A DNA stretch of 64,000 bases, from the NCBI GenBank assembly GCA_048938025.1, contig JBHLMP010000001.1:74366-138365 (forward strand). The letters run 5' to 3'. The notes under the pieces are model-generated. The model did no database searches and had not been told where the DNA came from. It saw only the letters and a list, made by a program, of their open reading frames with translations. This document shows positions 60,319 through 64,000 of the stretch, piece after piece. This DNA is from Promethearchaeota archaeon (lineage in GTDB: Archaea; Asgardarchaeota; Lokiarchaeia; Sigyniarchaeales; SOKP01). The first letter of the stretch is position 1. Each line of letters starts with the position of its first letter. The position numbers and the translations under genes were made by a program.

Positions 60319-60849
60319 ATGAATGAAACGCGCCGGGCGTTTGTATTTAAGATATTAGTTGCAGGTAACGGGGGTGTAGGAAAAACCTCATTGCTCCGTA
60401 GATATGTAGATGGATTCTTTGATGATTCTACTATTGAAACGGTAGGTGTGGATTTCTTCATTAAAGAAATTGAATTTAACAATACATATTGCATGTTGCA
60501 ATTGTGGGATTTAGGGGGTCAAGAAAGATTTAGACATTTAATTGAAAGTTATGTAATGGGTGCTAGGGGAGCTCTCCTTTTATTTGATATTACAAGGATG
60601 CCAAAAATCAATAATATTTTACAATGGGTTAATATTATAAGATTACATGATATGAATTTACCCATAATACTTGTTGGTACTAAACTTGACCTCAAGGATG
60701 CTATCGCAGTCGATGATGAAAGTGCCATTCATATAAAAAATGCTTTTAATATGATTAAATATGTTAAAACCTCTGCTAAAACTGGTGATGGTGTTGAAAA
60801 ACCATTTGAAATATTAGCAAAAACAATAAAGAAAGGAATTAAATACTGA
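60319..60849 (+). CDS. Ras-superfamily small GTPase, Rab-like
   Basis: G1 GNGGVGKT, TVGVDF, G3 WDLGGQERF, G4 TKLD, G5 TSAK. Confidence 0.93.
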   Translation: MNETRRAFVFKILVAGNGGVGKTSLLRRYVDGFFDDSTIETVGVDFFIKEIEFNNTYCMLQLWDLGGQERFRHLIESYVMGARGALLLFDITRMPKINNILQWVNIIRLHDMNLPIILVGTKLDLKDAIAVDDESAIHIKNAFNMIKYVKTSAKTGDGVEKPFEILAKTIKKGIKY

Positions 60850-60859
60850 ACTATTTATA

Positions 60860-61684
60860 GTGGGAATGGAGGGCATGGAAGTGGATGAACTTGTTATTTT
60901 AGGGTCTGGTGGCGGGAGACATCATATAAGAACGCAATATAGAGCCACTGGAGGTATATTATATAAATTCAATGGGATTCAATCTCATATAGACCCTGGG
61001 CCAGGAGCAATTGTGCGAATAAATCAATATAAAGAAGATCCAATCAAAACAGAATTATTCATTGTAACTCATGCTCATGTTGATCATTATAATGATTTAA
61101 GCGCTTTAATTGAGAGTTCTAGGGAAATATTACATGATAAAAATTATAATTACTTCAAAAAAGGGACCTTAATTACTACAAATGAAGTACTAAAGTTAAC
61201 GTCTAATTATCACTTAAACATGCTTGAAAAGATAATCCCTTTTAAAGCTGGAAGCAAATATAATTACAAAGGTATTGAAATAATTGGCACTAAAGTCGTT
61301 CATACCCCCAATAATGAAGGATTTGGCGTAATATTTAAACTAAAAAATTATTCATTAGCGTTTGCGAGTGATACTATGGTATATGACAGTTTTTCTGAAC
61401 AATTTTCCAGAGTAAATATTCTAATCCTTAACTTATTAAGACCAAATTCCGTTACTTGCAAGAGGCACTTATGTACTGATGAAGTAATTCCATATCTTAA
61501 TAAAATTGACCCTCCTCTTAATGGACTAATTATAACCCATTTTGGCTCTTATATGGATGGTCCTCGTTCTTCTGTTAACTTCGTGCCAAGCCAACTTAAC
61601 AAGCTAAAACAAAAAACTAACATTAGAAATGTCATTGCTGCTGAGGATGGATTGAAAATTAAAATTGCTTCTCTTTTAGAATAA
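60860..61684 (+). CDS. MBL-fold metallo-hydrolase
   Basis: LGSGGGR, IDPGPGA, THAHVDH, SDT and THFG; exact start uncertain (60860, 60866 or 60875). Confidence 0.85.
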   Translation: MGMEGMEVDELVILGSGGGRHHIRTQYRATGGILYKFNGIQSHIDPGPGAIVRINQYKEDPIKTELFIVTHAHVDHYNDLSALIESSREILHDKNYNYFKKGTLITTNEVLKLTSNYHLNMLEKIIPFKAGSKYNYKGIEIIGTKVVHTPNNEGFGVIFKLKNYSLAFASDTMVYDSFSEQFSRVNILILNLLRPNSVTCKRHLCTDEVIPYLNKIDPPLNGLIITHFGSYMDGPRSSVNFVPSQLNKLKQKTNIRNVIAAEDGLKIKIASLLE

Positions 61685-61805
61685 ATTTAAATCCTCTCTC
61701 CTTTAGCAAAAATGCTTATTCTAAAATTAATATGTTCTCGATATTGAAACATAAATAATTTATAATCGCATTATTTTTATAAGAGGATAAACCTATATAC
61801 TATAG

Positions 61806-61927
61806 GAAGGGAAATAAAAAACAAGATAATTTGAGCTAACATTGGATTTCGCCCTCTATTAAACTCTTTGATGAGTTTAATTCTCTCCCTGATTTTTTTC
61901 TAATTGCTCGAATTTCTTCTTCCCTTC
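61806..61927 (+). ncRNA. Putative structured ncRNA (rod-shaped hairpin with internal bubble)
   Basis: Nested stems GAAGGGAA/TTCCCTTC, AATTTGAGC/GCTCGAATT (G-U), ATTGGA/TCTAAT (G-U) and apical ATTAAACTC-TTTGAT-GAGTTTAAT; TATA-like TTTTATAA at 61775-61782. Confidence 0.5.
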
Positions 61928-62045
61928 ACTTCTTTACATTTTTATTAAAAATAAGATAGATATAAATTTAAGATTCAATTTCTATAATTGGGTTATTTTC
62001 AAAAAGGATCAAATTAATTTATAAAAAGAACAGAAAAATAAAGAT

Positions 62046-62204
62046 TTATTCTAAAGGAATCCAATACCTACATACAATACATTGGAGTACAGTCTCAAAT
62101 TTTTTCTCTTCAGAATTGTTATTGGCAATTTTTCTTGTTATCATTACATTACCGCACTTTTTACAAATATATAATTCTTTTGCTTTTATTTTTTGCGCGG
62201 TCAT
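62046..62204 (-). CDS. 52-aa C4 zinc-ribbon microprotein, absent from the ORF track
   Basis: MTAQKIKAKELYICKKCGNVM..LQCIVCRYWIPLE*, with two CxxC motifs. Confidence 0.75.
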   Translation of the reverse strand: MTAQKIKAKELYICKKCGNVMITRKIANNNSEEKKFETVLQCIVCRYWIPLE

Positions 62205-62665
62205 GCTCTATTTCACAAAAGTTATATTAAACTGTTAACATAATTTTTAATCTAAATATTATAAAGGAGAATATTTTCTTAATACCAACCCTTTACTTAT
62301 AATATAGTAAAAATCTATTTATTTAAATTTATTCAAATAATCATTTAAGCAAAAATTTGTCGGGACTTAACCGAAACTATTTTAAAATTTTTAAACTTCA
62401 TTAAGACTTTAATTTAAAAATAACCAAATTAGACTTGGCAGTGCTATATGATTATCTAAGAGAAAAATGAGAGGATAACCTAATAGATTTTTTTTATAAG
62501 TTAATGTTACATCTTTAAAAATCTCAAAATTAGTGTATTTGATTTTTTAATAATTAAAATAAACATAAAGAAATTAACAGCATCTTTAAATTAAAAGCCC
62601 AATATTTTTAAACTTTTGAATTACAATATTCAATGTATTCATATAAAATAATTGGTGATAATATA

Positions 62666-62824
62666 ATGTCTTGTCATGATTTGAAAAAAGGAGACGTTTT
62701 GGTTTGTAAAGAATGTGGACTTGAACTGAAAGTGACTAAATCCTGTAATTGTGCTGATGAAGAAACTGGTGCTTGTTCTGAAGGGGGTTTTAGTTGTTGT
62801 GGATTAAATATGAAAAAAAAGTAA
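62666..62824 (+). CDS. 52-aa cysteine-rich metal-binding protein (desulforedoxin-like)
   Basis: KKGDVLVCKECGLELKV..CNC..C..SCCGLNM; ATG 62666 is 7 nt after GGTGA. Confidence 0.75.
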   Translation: MSCHDLKKGDVLVCKECGLELKVTKSCNCADEETGACSEGGFSCCGLNMKKK

Positions 62825-62844
62825 TTCAAAGCTTTAATTAAATA

Positions 62845-63765
62845 TCAATTATTTTTTTTATTTTTATTATATTCTTCAATTCTTAGAACCGTTATTAGGA
62901 TTGATATAAAAATTAAACCACATCCAATCCAGCCTAATATGGTCATAGTTTCATTTCCAATTATAAATGAAGCAAAAAAAAGGGCAAAAACAGGTTCAAG
63001 AGTAAAAATTATAGCTGTTTGAGCAGGACCTTGATGTTGTTGCCCCCAATTTTGAAAAATAAAAGTTCCTGTGGTAACAACTATCCCCATGTAAATAATT
63101 ACCAACCAGTAACCTAACTCAATTGATGAGAAGCTATATGATTCATTTATTAAAAAAGAACTTCCAAAACAGAGTAAACTAATAATCAATAATTGAATAA
63201 TAGAATACAAGTATATATCTACAAGATTTACATATTTATCATTCAATATTATAAATATTGCATATAAAACAGCACATACTAACACTAAAATGTCACCAAT
63301 AATTATACCTGCTTCACCTTCTAATAAAAGAAATGCCATACCAATTATGGATAGAAAAACTGCAATCCATATCCTTTTATTTAAGGATCGCTTGAATCCT
63401 AGCCATGCTATAAATGGAACCATTATTGTACTCAACCCGGTAATAAAGGCTGCTTTTCCTGCTGTTGTTGTTTGCAGTCCTATTGTTTGAAATACGATTG
63501 CAAGATAATAAATAAATCCAGTTATAGTTCCCCATATTAAAATTCTTTTATTAACTTGTTTTATTTTAGCAAAATATGGGAATAATCCAATAATAGCAAT
63601 TAGAAATCTTAAACCCAGATAAAGAAAAATAGGAACTTCTTGAGTAACCTTTTTAGTGATTATAAAAGAAGTGCCCCATAGCAGCGTAGTAAGAATTAAT
63701 AATATTGTTGCAATTATCCGAAGTCTATTTGAAGAGAAATTGTTATCTCGAATGACCATTTCCAT
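62845..63765 (-). CDS. EamA/DMT family transporter
   Basis: LWGTSF, LRFLIA, TTAGKAAFIT, GDILVL and FTLEPVFA. Confidence 0.9.
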   Translation of the reverse strand: MEMVIRDNNFSSNRLRIIATILLILTTLLWGTSFIITKKVTQEVPIFLYLGLRFLIAIIGLFPYFAKIKQVNKRILIWGTITGFIYYLAIVFQTIGLQTTTAGKAAFITGLSTIMVPFIAWLGFKRSLNKRIWIAVFLSIIGMAFLLLEGEAGIIIGDILVLVCAVLYAIFIILNDKYVNLVDIYLYSIIQLLIISLLCFGSSFLINESYSFSSIELGYWLVIIYMGIVVTTGTFIFQNWGQQHQGPAQTAIIFTLEPVFALFFASFIIGNETMTILGWIGCGLIFISILITVLRIEEYNKNKKNN

Positions 63766-64000
63766 CTGTTAGATAATTTATTAATTACAGAAATATGTGA
63801 ACGATAAAAACTATTCTTATTTTATTATGAAAATCTCATGACTATAAAAACTTACACAATAGACGTACTTAGAACCAATTTTTAAAGAATTTTAAATTCC
63901 TTATTTTCATTTCTTATTTATTAATGATTATTTTTATAAATTTTTTTTTAACTGTATTTCAACTCTCATTGACAAGACTTTTTGAGATGAGCATATAATC

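Overview
Very AT-rich, gene-dense chromosomal window, most consistent with an Asgard archaeon of the Lokiarchaeia type. This is an inference from archaeal core genes (aCPSF1, Cdc6/Orc1, XerA, tRNA-Gln with an A1-U72 pair, HdrA-MvhD, AbfD) occurring beside eukaryotic-signature-like proteins: a gelsolin-domain protein, a Rab-like GTPase, a tandem vWA + RING/PHD-like pair, an AN1-like zinc finger + winged-helix/PCI repeat + appendage protein, and a DUF4350/GIFT-like protein. I see no CRISPR array, rRNA or transposase. Best-supported observations that the ORF track does not explain: (1) four genes, plus a weaker small-ORF case, seem to start at ATT/ATA behind a properly spaced Shine-Dalgarno motif; (2) two intergenic long rod-shaped fold-backs with central bubbles (about 4183-4356 and 61806-61927) look like unannotated ncRNAs; (3) a 28-bp dif-like palindrome sits in the xerA promoter next to a GC-richer BspA-repeat surface-protein gene; (4) a thioredoxin-reductase paralog lacking its catalytic motifs lies in tandem with an intact trxB; (5) there are several tandem paralog pairs. 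All family calls come from motif recognition by eye; no database searches were run.
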